From a virus (taxonomy: Duplodnaviria; Caudoviricetes): a DNA stretch of 35,564 bases. The notes beneath the pieces are model-generated. The model did not search any database. It was not told the origin of the DNA and saw nothing but the letters and a program-made list of their open reading frames with translations. Position 1 is the stretch's first letter. Each line of letters starts with the position of its first letter. Made by a program: the position numbers and the translations under genes. Location: the IMG/VR virus record IMGVR_UViG_3300037558_000833, positions 1 through 35,564 of that record. One strand, given 5' to 3'. This document shows, piece after piece, positions 23,975 through 34,347 of this stretch.

Positions 23975-25769
23975 TGTCTATCATACATTCTGTGACTTCA
24001 AAAACTGCGTCGTGAAAACTTTTTTGGGCCTTTACTTCTTCATCAATTTCCGCGATCGCACGGGCATCTTCTTCTTTCAGTGTGTCGTTCTCCTCTTTTG
24101 TACGAATACGTTCATCTTGCTTGGCTTCGGCTTCTTGTAATCGTGATTCATTAGCGCTGATTGGGATGTCATCCGGTGGTGGTAACTCTTTTAATGCAGG
24201 TCGTGGCGTGTTCCAAACTTTATCGGGTATCAGTTCGTTTTTTTGAAAATCAAAACGGCCTGGGTTGTAGATCGACTTAACGAGTTTCGGGTCAAAGATT
24301 GCCAGACTTGGTTTTTGCTGGCCGCCTTCTTCTATCCAAACAGCGTCGTAGCCTTTGTCTTTAAAATGTTTAGACCCAAGTTTTTCGGCGTCCTGCCATT
24401 TCATCGCCGGTGCGTCTTCAGAACCAAGCACCTTCTTGGCGTTGATGTAGACAGGCAGTACGTTGTCACCTTGGTAATTACTTTCGTAAAGCCGCTCAAA
24501 TTCTTTAGCAAAAGACGTTTTGTTTTTTGTCGCATTCTTAGCGATTGCATCAGCGTCTAAGTAATTGTAGCTATCGTTTTTTAGTGCTTTGCGTAATTTG
24601 CGGGCATCTAATACCTTGCCTGTTTTGAGATCAAAAACGCCTGGGTTTTCTTGTGCCAAAATTTGGAAATCAGTTTTAAATTCTAAAGAGCCTTTTGCTG
24701 CTGCGAACCCAGATGCCTCATCAGCGTTAGGTGTAAAATAAATTAACCCACCACGCGTATTTTGTGTTGTAAACGCTTTAATTTCTTGACCTGTGCCGTG
24801 ATACATCACTCGCGGTGTGCCATCGCTATTGATGATCTGGCTGTCTGCAAACGCTTCTTTAGCTGCCTGCATTCTTGCCGCCTGCTGTGCAATCGCTTGC
24901 TCCGCACCTTTCTGCCGTGGCACCGGCAAGCGGTTCTGCACACCCGCACTCTGTGACGCCAATTCTGCGTCTACTGCCTGCTTTTTCGTGACTGGGTCTA
25001 CAGAGTCCCAAGCACGCTCTGACGCAGTAGGTCGTGCGCTTGGCGCTTCTTCCTTAAACTCGACTTCGCCTTGCCGGTTGACCGCAACGGTGTTGGCTTC
25101 CTGCCTATTTCTTGGATCTGGGTCTTTCGGATGAACCCGCCCAAGTGCGGCACCCAGGCCAAAGCCTAGCCCTAGCGCCAGTCCTAGTTCGGTCAGGGCA
25201 TCGCGTGTGTCGTACTTCAGTTGGTAGGTGTCTCGTTCGGCAGCAACCAAAGGTTGAATCAAGGCAGTACCTAGCACCGCATCAGCGGCAGTGGTAGCAC
25301 CACGACCTAGCCTCCCAGATTGTGCAATCTTGCCCAACACGGCGGCGCTCTTGGCTTTGGATGCAATGCCTACAAAGGGTATGTAGTTGACCGGATCGGG
25401 CACCGTACCAACCAATGCACCTGCATAGAAGCTGGCAGTAGCTCCTGCGCCTGCACGCTCTAGCAAAAACCCTAGTTCGCGTTCGCGGTCACGGCGTTCC
25501 TTTAACAGTCTTGCTTTGGGTGTCGTGAAGCTATCGTCCCACTTGATTGCTTCATCAAAGAACTTACTGGCTTCCCAGTCTTGCTTGGTCAGCAATGGCT
25601 GGTTTTCTGCTTTGTCCATTTCCATCACCGACTGCATCAGCATAAAGCTGACATCTCGGAAACCGGCACCAATGCCTTCAGAAAACATCATGCCTGCTGA
25701 TGGCCGGTAGTTTTTCAAAAACTCTTCTTTCGCACCTGGATAGTCGCGGTGTTCGCTGTAGTACATCAT
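23967..25769 (-). CDS. Internal virion protein with inserted ART-PolyVal-like ADP-ribosyltransferase domain
   Basis: N-terminal DP.NYIP and G/A-rich hydrophobic helices. Domain at about 24249-24845: DG.P.V.YHGT, IYFT, V.PVYI, GYD.V, FDP..VKS..N.G.FD. Confidence 0.8.
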   Translation of the reverse strand: MMYYSEHRDYPGAKEEFLKNYRPSAGMMFSEGIGAGFRDVSFMLMQSVMEMDKAENQPLLTKQDWEASKFFDEAIKWDDSFTTPKARLLKERRDRERELGFLLERAGAGATASFYAGALVGTVPDPVNYIPFVGIASKAKSAAVLGKIAQSGRLGRGATTAADAVLGTALIQPLVAAERDTYQLKYDTRDALTELGLALGLGFGLGAALGRVHPKDPDPRNRQEANTVAVNRQGEVEFKEEAPSARPTASERAWDSVDPVTKKQAVDAELASQSAGVQNRLPVPRQKGAEQAIAQQAARMQAAKEAFADSQIINSDGTPRVMYHGTGQEIKAFTTQNTRGGLIYFTPNADEASGFAAAKGSLEFKTDFQILAQENPGVFDLKTGKVLDARKLRKALKNDSYNYLDADAIAKNATKNKTSFAKEFERLYESNYQGDNVLPVYINAKKVLGSEDAPAMKWQDAEKLGSKHFKDKGYDAVWIEEGGQQKPSLAIFDPKLVKSIYNPGRFDFQKNELIPDKVWNTPRPALKELPPPDDIPISANESRLQEAEAKQDERIRTKEENDTLKEEDARAIAEIDEEVKAQKSFHDAVFEVTECMIDNG

Positions 25770-28726
25770 TGATCTGTCCTACTTCTGAGCAGCGCTTCCA
25801 TCTCTGCACGCAGTTTAGGATCTAGTTCAGGTTGACTACCCAACAGCTTGCGCATCTGTTCCTTGGATGCGGTCTTCCCCTGCATCAACTGAAGCTGTGT
25901 TTCTAATAGCCGAAGTTTCTTCATTGCGGCTTCTTTGCCTTTGTTGTTGACTATCCTAGCCCGCAGGACTTCAGCGCCTTCAATCAAGCGTTCGGCTTCT
26001 GCTAGTTGTTCTTCAGGCACGGTGTCCAAGAAAGCGCGGGCCTGTGTGACAAAGCTGTCAAGCTGTTGTAGGTCTGGGTCTACTGGTTCAGGTTCTGGCT
26101 CTTGCGCTTCTTCTTGCGCTGGTGGCGCAACGTCTGCCGCAACGTCTTCAACCACTTCTTCTTCTGGTTGATCTATCGGCTTGCCTACACCGACGCCAAG
26201 CATCTCTTGCCCAACGCCATATGATTCCAGCATCGTGTCAATCACCGCCTGGTCTTCTGCAAACATGGCATCACTTGAATCAATGGCCTCATTGTTCATG
26301 TGCCTTTCAGCAAGTACGCGCAATTTAGTGAATGGTATGATTACACCGGAAGTGACGTACTGCGCCCGCTCTTCATTGAAGAACAACAGTTCCAATCCTG
26401 AGTCATCACCTTTTTTCGCCCAGGTGTACAAATCGTCACTGCCTGCCAAATCTATCAACCCTTGTTTTTTTTTAGCTAACAAAGTTTCGGTGTAGTTGGT
26501 CAAGGCAACTTCAGCGCTACCTGCAGGTATGCCATCCAACTGGGCATTGCGTAACAACAGCGGCGGTGTCTCTGCGTTCGGCTGAATAAAAGTAAAGTTG
26601 ACGCCAATCAAATGATCTGCCGCCATGTCTACCGCATCGTCCAGGTCCATACCGCGTGCGCCCATTTCCAAGACGTAGTCCGTCATGAATTCATTGAAGT
26701 CATTCATCAGCGGCACAGAGCCACGGTCACTTTCAAAACTCTTGTAGAAGTTCTGAAAACTTTCTTTCTGCATCATTTCTGCGCGGACTGCGCCCATGTC
26801 TGCGTCAAAGATTTCGCGGACACGGCTGCGGTTGGATTTGCTGTTTAACTCGGTGTCAAACATATTCTGACGCACCGCACGGTCTGTGACTTCGGTATAA
26901 AGTTGCGAGTAGTAGGGCAGGCCAATACCATTTTCTGCACGCTTACGGGCAAGTTCAGTAACCACCAATGGGCCATAGCTCTGAGTACGGCGCTCCAAGT
27001 CCATCATGAATTCAAAACGTTCCTGCCCATTTGTTGCCTGCATGTATTGCCCAGCTTTTGCAGCAATCGCTTCATCACTTAAAAGGCGTATTGCTTTTGC
27101 CTGGTGCAACCCGCGTAGTTGGCTAGGAGATAGATTGTTGGTGTTCTGAAAGCCCTTGTACTCCAACTGTGTTGCCACAACGTTGTCCAGGTTTGACACA
27201 TCCAACGGATCGGTGCCTTCTGGTATGACAGTAAAGCTGGCTCCGTCATCTGCACGCAACTTACGGACTGCATTGATTTCTTTGACTACGCCATTGTAGA
27301 TGCCACTGAAATGGGCAACGTCAGCGTTCAGGTCACCACCTATAAAACGTGGTGGCACTAGGCTTTCTTCGGCCTGCGCCAGCTCGGCTTCTGTCTTTTC
27401 GGCTAGCGTTTCTACGGCGTTCTTGGCCTGCCGTGCATACGAATGTAGCCCCCGGAAAGCCATTTGCGTGTTTTCGTCTGGGACGTTGGCTAATTGTTGT
27501 TCTAGGTTTGCAACCGATTCCACTTCTGCCCGCTGGCTTTCAGTCAAATTTGGGTCTAGGATTGCGCCTACGGTGAGTAACAGATTGCGCCGTACTTCCT
27601 GCGTGGCCTGTTTCTGAAGTGTTTCTAAACGATTGCGGGTAACATCTGCGTGTTCAGCTCGTTCATTTGGGCTAAGGCTTGGGAAAGATTCTTCATCATT
27701 CAGCAGCGTGTTCAACAACCCTGCAACGGCCTGGATGTTACCTGAGTTGCGCAGAAGTTTGATGTCGCTGTTGTCGATTTCCCTTTCATAGTTCACCAGG
27801 TTGACGGCAGCTTGTGCTTCTGAAAGCAACCCATCTGAAATCATTGAATCCTGCATTTCATCCAGCATCACCAGACGTTCTTCGCGTGGGCCTCCTCCCG
27901 TAACGATTCCCTGTTTTAAGCGCACATAGTCAGCTTTTACATCATCATCAATTGCCAATTGTTGGGCATTATAAAGCTGTTTAGCAGTTTGGCGAATCGT
28001 AGCTTGCAGGCGTTGTTCAGCTTGAATGCGTAAGCCTGGGCTAAGTCCTTCTAAATTAGGATTGATTACATCTTCTAAGTCGGTGGCAATCAGTTGCCTA
28101 CGCTGAGTAGGATCGTAGTTTTTTGCGCCTGCCAAGTCTTCTGGTGTCAATGATTGTAGTTTTGCGGTCAGCGCTTCTTGCACCCTATTAATGGCATCCC
28201 CAACTTTAGCAGTCTGTTGTTTTTTAATTTCCTGCATTGCAATCAGATCCTGGTCGGCAATCCGCTTGTCATCAAACATCTGCGTGACGGCTTTCTGCAC
28301 GCGCTTGGACTTGCCTTTCAGAAAGAGCTGAGTCTGTTGATACAGTCCTCTACTTTCAGGATCTAAAGGGTCAACGCCTTGATAGAATTCTTGATAGCGC
28401 ACCAAAGCATCAGCCATATCTGCAGGCGGATCTTTTTCTAGGCTTTGGAAGAACTGGTTGCGTGCCCTGTCACGAAACTGGCCGTATTCAACAATTGCAA
28501 TCTTTGCCTGTTCATCCTTTTCTTTTTCTGCCTGTGTCAGATAGATGTCTGCCGCACTGCGGCCTATGCGGGCGATGGTTGTACCCAGATCCATCAGCGC
28601 TTTGTTTTGTGCCCCGCTACCTGGCACACTCATGTCCATCGGACCAGGTGCGTTCGGTACGTTCGGTGCGCTCAGTCGGTTTTGCTGTGGCAGGACATTG
28701 GCCTGTTGGAACGGAAGCCTAGCCAT
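25766..28726 (-). CDS. Internal virion (ejection) protein
   Basis: 986 aa, helical. MARLP start. Second gene of the core-protein cluster. Confidence 0.7.
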   Translation of the reverse strand: MARLPFQQANVLPQQNRLSAPNVPNAPGPMDMSVPGSGAQNKALMDLGTTIARIGRSAADIYLTQAEKEKDEQAKIAIVEYGQFRDRARNQFFQSLEKDPPADMADALVRYQEFYQGVDPLDPESRGLYQQTQLFLKGKSKRVQKAVTQMFDDKRIADQDLIAMQEIKKQQTAKVGDAINRVQEALTAKLQSLTPEDLAGAKNYDPTQRRQLIATDLEDVINPNLEGLSPGLRIQAEQRLQATIRQTAKQLYNAQQLAIDDDVKADYVRLKQGIVTGGGPREERLVMLDEMQDSMISDGLLSEAQAAVNLVNYEREIDNSDIKLLRNSGNIQAVAGLLNTLLNDEESFPSLSPNERAEHADVTRNRLETLQKQATQEVRRNLLLTVGAILDPNLTESQRAEVESVANLEQQLANVPDENTQMAFRGLHSYARQAKNAVETLAEKTEAELAQAEESLVPPRFIGGDLNADVAHFSGIYNGVVKEINAVRKLRADDGASFTVIPEGTDPLDVSNLDNVVATQLEYKGFQNTNNLSPSQLRGLHQAKAIRLLSDEAIAAKAGQYMQATNGQERFEFMMDLERRTQSYGPLVVTELARKRAENGIGLPYYSQLYTEVTDRAVRQNMFDTELNSKSNRSRVREIFDADMGAVRAEMMQKESFQNFYKSFESDRGSVPLMNDFNEFMTDYVLEMGARGMDLDDAVDMAADHLIGVNFTFIQPNAETPPLLLRNAQLDGIPAGSAEVALTNYTETLLAKKKQGLIDLAGSDDLYTWAKKGDDSGLELLFFNEERAQYVTSGVIIPFTKLRVLAERHMNNEAIDSSDAMFAEDQAVIDTMLESYGVGQEMLGVGVGKPIDQPEEEVVEDVAADVAPPAQEEAQEPEPEPVDPDLQQLDSFVTQARAFLDTVPEEQLAEAERLIEGAEVLRARIVNNKGKEAAMKKLRLLETQLQLMQGKTASKEQMRKLLGSQPELDPKLRAEMEALLRSRTDQ

Positions 28727-29337
28727 TACTTTTCTAACTCATTGAATCGGTAATACAGTTGTCCAAAGTCAGCACCGCCACCTAATAATGTATTGAATAG
28801 CTGTAAATCGCGTGAACCGGCTACGTTCCCCGCACCTTGGTCGGCTAGGGCCGCTTTGCGCATCAGTTGTGTGTAGGCCAGTTGTCCGCGTCGTAGTTCC
28901 ATCTTTGCTTTGTTCTTTGCTTCCAGTCGCGTTCTCGCTGATTCGTAACGGGTGTTGTAGTCCAGCATCCTTTGGTTGTAATCGTTAGCAAACGCCTGCG
29001 CGATCTGTACGTTTGCCGGTGTCCCTACATTCACACTGGCCCCTGAAGATCCAGCACGGGCGCGGATGCCACCAATTCGGCGCTGACCGGCGATCTGTTC
29101 CTGCATCAGTAGTTCGGCACCACGGAACTCAATAGCTCTAGCGTTTTCAAAGCCTGTCTGCATGTACAAGCCTGCCTGCTCACGGGCGTAGGCCAGATTC
29201 TCTGCAGCGCTGGCACGGTACTCCCCAGCCTGGGCGCGTAGGTTCGTGACATCCTGGGCGTTCTGTTGCGCCTGCCCATACATTTTAAGGCCGGTACTGA
29301 TTGCCGTTATTGCGGCAAAAGCTGCAAATGCACTCAT
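28726..29337 (-). CDS. Small internal virion protein (T7 gp14-like position)
   Basis: A/G/Q-rich with hydrophobic N-terminus. R.R.G.SG....GTP motif. Confidence 0.75.
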   Translation of the reverse strand: MSAFAAFAAITAISTGLKMYGQAQQNAQDVTNLRAQAGEYRASAAENLAYAREQAGLYMQTGFENARAIEFRGAELLMQEQIAGQRRIGGIRARAGSSGASVNVGTPANVQIAQAFANDYNQRMLDYNTRYESARTRLEAKNKAKMELRRGQLAYTQLMRKAALADQGAGNVAGSRDLQLFNTLLGGGADFGQLYYRFNELEK

Positions 29338-32330
29338 TCGTTGGTTTGGTAGTCAATTGCTAGTAAAGTGACAGAAAACGGGTACGGCTGATCCTGCCTG
29401 AGAAATAGCTGTGTAATGGTTGAGAACTGGTCACCGACCTGAAAAGTTTTCTCGCCTGTGAAGAAAGCTAGAGCGCTACCTATGTTATCGCTGGCAGTAC
29501 GGAAAACCGCTTCTGTCAGGTCACTGATGTTGACGCCAAAATTAAGTCCAAGGCTTTCTAAATAAGCAATCGTGGCGGCGTCCAAGTCGTTGGTGTTGGT
29601 TCCAAACTTAAAAGACAGTGACTCTAGTAATCTGACGGTGAATCTGTGGATGCGCTTGCGGTTACCAACGCTGGTGCCTTGCCCAGTCATTGCCACCATT
29701 GGCAGGCTTTCAATGTCTGAGTTGTAGCTGAAACCAATACGAAAGTTGGTCGCTGCGGTCTGTAGTGTGATCGCACCAGAGCTAACCGTTCTGTCTGGTT
29801 GAACTGCCGCATCGGCCAGGATCGCAACGCTTTCACCTTCCAGGTGATTTAGGGCACTGACGGCGGTGCTAGCGGTGGTGCGGGTAGGTGGTTCTTCTAG
29901 ACCACTGTCTACAAAGTGGGCGTCACTTGGCAAAACTTCTGAAGCAACAAAGAACCGCTCTAAGAACTCAACATAGCGCACTTCTGTGACAACACGCAGT
30001 GTACTGACGGCAACACTACTCGTTGAACCGCTCACCGTGACGGCTGCACCGCCTGAAGATTCTGAAAGCTGGAAATCATTGGTTGCTGTCGAAACAACGT
30101 AATACAATTTGTCAGCAGAAAATCCGGTGATCGTGGTGCTGTCAAAAACGACAATGGTGCCGTTGGCTAGCCCGTGGCTGGATTTTGTGAATTTATCTGT
30201 GGTTTGATTGAAAGTGATCGAAGTCAACGCCGCCGCACGTAAATGACGCTTCACAATCATGTAGAGTTGGTCGTGTGTGCCGCGTGGTATGCTTGCAATA
30301 CTTTCAACTTTGGCGTGTGACCCATGCGTGGCGTCGTAGTGTGCTCCACCTATCGTATGCCGGTGCCAGGCACGCATCTGCAGAAGATCCACATACGTCA
30401 AGCCAGCAAGCCTGCCATCATTTCTTAGACACCACAGCACACTATACGGCTGGTCCTGGTACGCTGTGGCGATCAGTCCAGACTCGCTGATGTCTTCTGC
30501 TCTAAGTGTCAGGTCGGCGGCGCTATATTGGTCTTGGAGTTTGTCAAAGGCCAACTCGCGCAGCTTCCGCCCGTTGTTCTGTACATATAATAGGTTGTTG
30601 CCGACTTTTGCTGGCAGCGCGGTTGCGTCACACGCCCAAGCGCTGACTTTTGTAATACTGAAGCTGAACGGTGTTAATGTCACATCGTCATCTGTCCCGT
30701 AGCATTGGAATATGCCACCACTGGTACCGATAGTCAGACGACGGTCTTCAGATAGCCATTCAATCTGATCCACCGTGTCTGAACTGATCGTAAGGCTTAG
30801 TGCATTGTCTTCATAAATTTGCTCACCAATGATTGACCTACCACTGCTGTCGCGCTGTCCGGTTTGCTGACCTAGCGGTTCGGTGGCTGCAAAGTTCAGA
30901 AAGTCAGCAGTCTTAGAGAAAAAGATCGTCTGTGGTTCTTCTGCTGTACCCGCATAAACAAGACGCTGCTGGTATATCTGTACGGTGCGTGGGTAGCCTG
31001 TGGTTTCGCTGAAACTGCCTAGTTGCCATTCTGTCGTAGCTCCAACGCCTGCAATTGCTTTCTTCAGTAAAACTAAGACCACTGTCGCGCTGGTCCGCTC
31101 TACAATTTCGCCGTATCCCCACTTGATCTGGGGGGCGATTTCCGTATTAAAACGAACATAGCGGCCTATGTCTGTTGTTTGAAATCCAGTGTCGTCGTTG
31201 ATACCAGCCTGTGCACTTGCGGTAACTTTTAAATACTTTTCTTTATCAACAAAACTTTTATTAACAGTCAGGTCTGCTGAAGTCGGTGCACCGGTGATGT
31301 CTGCAGGTGTGCCGCCTGCTGTTGTTGCTAATTTAAAAGTGTTCTGGGTGGCGCTGACTACAAAATAGTCTGTAGTCGCTGACAAGGTGGGTGTGCTGGC
31401 GAAGCCAGACGGTATGCTGGAGAACTGCACCTTCATCCCATTGACAAGCGGATGATTCGCTAGCGTAAAACTATTTGTCGTGACATCAACATTACTGGGA
31501 CTGACTGTGCCAACTTCTTCCAGGCTTAGTGTCTGGGTAGAATCATCGATCGTTGCAGAAAACTCTGAATTTGCTGCAAGCGCAACCGTCAAAGTTGTAG
31601 TCGTAGTATTGGTTCCCATGAAAGGACCATCAGTCAGCACTTCGGCTGGACTGCTACCTGCACTAGGTAACAACTCTGTCAGCGTCCAATCGTTTGTGTC
31701 GTTACGTTCTAAGCGGGCTGGTGGATGGCTTGGATGGGCTAAGAAAAGTACGTCAGCGGACTGTGTGAACGCTAGGTCGTTAACCTGTGCGGCAGTATAC
31801 GGCGTGACCACTTCCGCACGCTGACTGATATTAACGTTAGAGCTGCTAACGGTCTGGCTGGTGGTGCTGGTAACTGTGAAGGTATTAACATTAGCTACGG
31901 TGGCGATTGTGTAGAAGCCATCAACCCCTGCGCCAGAAGTAAAATCTAAATAAACTTCATTGCTTGCACTGTAGCCGTGGCTAGCCTTTGTGACGGTAAC
32001 AGTAGTCGTGCTTTGAGTGTACGTCCCTGCAATGTCATCGGTGCGCACAGGGCCGTCATTCGCAAAGAAGCGGATGTAAAGGTTGCCAAACTCAAGCACT
32101 AGGCTGGTGCCCTGACCACGGCTAAACGGTATCAACCTGGCTGCACCATTGGCCTTTGTGGTTGCACCGAAAAATGTACCAGGTCTGCGGGTAACGCTAC
32201 CCTGTGGCAAGACAACCATGTTCTCAAGCGTTGCCAGGCTGGATTTGTAGGACTCCAACTCAACCATACCTTGCATACGCGGTGATATCTGTCCGTCTGC
32301 AAAGCTGGATTGAAGTGCCTGGATTCGCAT
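29334..32330 (-). CDS. Tail tubular protein B / nozzle (T7 gp12-like) with beta-domain insertions
   Basis: Q.SF..G.ISP, N....QG...RRPGT, LEFG..Y.RF, QSADV....H, GYP....YQQRL, AWHRH, VDSG. Confidence 0.92.
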   Translation of the reverse strand: MRIQALQSSFADGQISPRMQGMVELESYKSSLATLENMVVLPQGSVTRRPGTFFGATTKANGAARLIPFSRGQGTSLVLEFGNLYIRFFANDGPVRTDDIAGTYTQSTTTVTVTKASHGYSASNEVYLDFTSGAGVDGFYTIATVANVNTFTVTSTTSQTVSSSNVNISQRAEVVTPYTAAQVNDLAFTQSADVLFLAHPSHPPARLERNDTNDWTLTELLPSAGSSPAEVLTDGPFMGTNTTTTTLTVALAANSEFSATIDDSTQTLSLEEVGTVSPSNVDVTTNSFTLANHPLVNGMKVQFSSIPSGFASTPTLSATTDYFVVSATQNTFKLATTAGGTPADITGAPTSADLTVNKSFVDKEKYLKVTASAQAGINDDTGFQTTDIGRYVRFNTEIAPQIKWGYGEIVERTSATVVLVLLKKAIAGVGATTEWQLGSFSETTGYPRTVQIYQQRLVYAGTAEEPQTIFFSKTADFLNFAATEPLGQQTGQRDSSGRSIIGEQIYEDNALSLTISSDTVDQIEWLSEDRRLTIGTSGGIFQCYGTDDDVTLTPFSFSITKVSAWACDATALPAKVGNNLLYVQNNGRKLRELAFDKLQDQYSAADLTLRAEDISESGLIATAYQDQPYSVLWCLRNDGRLAGLTYVDLLQMRAWHRHTIGGAHYDATHGSHAKVESIASIPRGTHDQLYMIVKRHLRAAALTSITFNQTTDKFTKSSHGLANGTIVVFDSTTITGFSADKLYYVVSTATNDFQLSESSGGAAVTVSGSTSSVAVSTLRVVTEVRYVEFLERFFVASEVLPSDAHFVDSGLEEPPTRTTASTAVSALNHLEGESVAILADAAVQPDRTVSSGAITLQTAATNFRIGFSYNSDIESLPMVAMTGQGTSVGNRKRIHRFTVRLLESLSFKFGTNTNDLDAATIAYLESLGLNFGVNISDLTEAVFRTASDNIGSALAFFTGEKTFQVGDQFSTITQLFLRQDQPYPFSVTLLAIDYQTNE

Positions 32331-32926
32331 TACGGGGCCGGTACTGCGCGGCGGTAGGTTGAACCAACTAGCCTCGCATTGATAAAGCCGTCGGCAATGA
32401 ACTCACCTGCCTGTGATCTTTCTTGGCTGTCTACACCACGGGCTTCGGCTAGAAGTTGTAGGTACTTCGAAAGCATCCTGTCGCGCAACTCTGCACGCCC
32501 TGTCAGCGCTTCAGCGATCTCACTACCTAGTTTCATCGCTACAGCGTGTAAAAGCAGGCTATCAAACTGTGTTGGATCGGTGACCTTGGCGATATACAAC
32601 AGATTGACTGCCGTCGCATCAGTAAAAATGAAACGGCCTTCAACTTTATATGCCTGGTAGTAGTCCTCGATGTCCAAGACTCGCAGGCAGTCTGCGGGTA
32701 GGGCAAATTTCTTGGCGAATCCCCAGGCTGGTGCAGTCACGTTGGCAGCAAGCGCTACTCTGGTGACTGCAGCGTTCCAAGGATGTGAGCGAAGCACGGC
32801 ATCACGGCAGTCTTCATAGCGAAGATTACACTGTCGCGCCCGCTCATTTTCGTCAGTTAGCGCCGCGATTTTAGCTTCACCAAGGTTGGATAAAGCAATG
32901 TTACAAATCTGAACGACGCTACTCAT
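32330..32926 (-). CDS. Tail tubular protein A / adaptor (T7 gp11-like)
   Basis: ICN.AL..LG, R..VLR.HPWN.A, LPADCLR motifs. Confidence 0.9.
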   Translation of the reverse strand: MSSVVQICNIALSNLGEAKIAALTDENERARQCNLRYEDCRDAVLRSHPWNAAVTRVALAANVTAPAWGFAKKFALPADCLRVLDIEDYYQAYKVEGRFIFTDATAVNLLYIAKVTDPTQFDSLLLHAVAMKLGSEIAEALTGRAELRDRMLSKYLQLLAEARGVDSQERSQAGEFIADGFINARLVGSTYRRAVPAP

Positions 32927-33423
32927 TAGTCAGCCACATAAACAATGTAGCCAACAAGATCGTCCCCATCCGCAATGGCTTTGTCTGATTTACTGGTAGC
33001 CCGAATCACTACACCAGTTTTAGATTCAAAGACAAAGGTTCCTCCAGTAGCCTTAACTCCTGCCAAAGCGCCTTCTAATGTGAAGTAACCCGCACTTTCT
33101 ACGTCTAGCCCATCGACTAGCCCGTCAGGGTCGGCGACTACTGCGGTCCCTGCAGTGTTAGTGTAGGCATCCCAACCAACATCAAGCGTCTGGCCTGCTG
33201 TAGTCCAATTGACATAAACCCTAGACAAAGCACTAATGATGCGGATTCGCCCAGGTGGAAGTTTGCCAAGCGCTACAGAAGAACCAGCATCACCTACCCC
33301 GGATTGGTCATGCGTAAAAAACATGACTCGCATACGGCCTTGGAATTCCGTTGTCGAATTATTGACAACAGGGTCTGCCAGAGTGTTCGCGTACTCGACA
33401 GAATTTTGTAAAGTAACAGCCAT
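32926..33423 (-). CDS. Probable capsid decoration/cement protein
   Basis: 165 aa beta-rich protein immediately after the capsid gene. AGGAG RBS. Confidence 0.65.
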   Translation of the reverse strand: MAVTLQNSVEYANTLADPVVNNSTTEFQGRMRVMFFTHDQSGVGDAGSSVALGKLPPGRIRIISALSRVYVNWTTAGQTLDVGWDAYTNTAGTAVVADPDGLVDGLDVESAGYFTLEGALAGVKATGGTFVFESKTGVVIRATSKSDKAIADGDDLVGYIVYVAD

Positions 33424-33437
33424 TGTTCAGCTCCTGT

Positions 33438-34325
33438 TTATGGCGATTCATCGCATTCGATTTGCACAACTTTTTCTTCTTCCATTCGCGTAGCGCCAAT
33501 ACTCATGCAGGCATATACCTGCACTGCGTAACCTTTGTCTGGCCGCTCGTCAATTCGCACTGTCAAATCCTTGCCAACTGCAAGCGTGATCCCATCAACT
33601 GCGTAGGCGAAACATGACCTAACATCAGACGAACTGTCATGCGCTAAGCGTGTTGAAGTGACGAAGGTGAACCCCATAAAAGTGTTAACTTCGCCTTGGA
33701 CAAGAGCTTTGACGGTGTTGAAATCGCTGCTGGTGACGCTTGTCTCTGCCAGCAAATCCTGAATCTGCTTCGGCCCGCAAACCAGAATACGCGGGATGCT
33801 GGGGTCAACATCGTTGTTGTCCATTTTAAATTTGGCTTCCCGCAGCTTGCCAATGTTTAACCCCGCGTTGCCACTGGCTACCCCAACCGTTTTTGCAACC
33901 ACTTGGCCTGCTGGCAAGCTCGTAGTCGTCCCGCCAGTTTCGCCCGTTTTACTATCAGAGATAGCAGCGCTGATTATAACGTCGTCCATGCTGCGTCCAA
34001 TAGCGAATGCCTGGGCTTGGGCATATGAACTGGTTGGATCAACAATCATCCGTAGTTTGTCTTGATCGTCAATTAGATCGGCTACTTCGTAGTCGGCAAG
34101 CGTGACCATTCGGCGGCTGTGTGGGGTGTCGTTCAGTAGGGTGTCTGCAGCTCTTGTTGAACGTACTGAGGCAGACTGGCTACCAATCTGATCGAAGAAT
34201 GCTTGTTTACCGCGTACAGCTTCCACACGCACAACGCCGCGTAGGCGGGAACCTTTTTGCTGGCTCAAGTGCTGCAAATTTGCAGAATACTGCTGTACAA
34301 AAGCAGTTGTGATTTGTGATGACAC
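33438..34325 (-). CDS. Major capsid protein (BPP-1/HTVC010P type)
   Basis: ITTAFVQQY, QQ.GS.LR, A.GR..D..I, ALV.GE..TFMGF.F, GATR.EE motifs. GGAG RBS, GTG start. Confidence 0.95.
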   Translation of the reverse strand: MSSQITTAFVQQYSANLQHLSQQKGSRLRGVVRVEAVRGKQAFFDQIGSQSASVRSTRAADTLLNDTPHSRRMVTLADYEVADLIDDQDKLRMIVDPTSSYAQAQAFAIGRSMDDVIISAAISDSKTGETGGTTTSLPAGQVVAKTVGVASGNAGLNIGKLREAKFKMDNNDVDPSIPRILVCGPKQIQDLLAETSVTSSDFNTVKALVQGEVNTFMGFTFVTSTRLAHDSSSDVRSCFAYAVDGITLAVGKDLTVRIDERPDKGYAVQVYACMSIGATRMEEEKVVQIECDESP

Positions 34326-34347
34326 AGGTCAACTCCAATTTTAAGCG

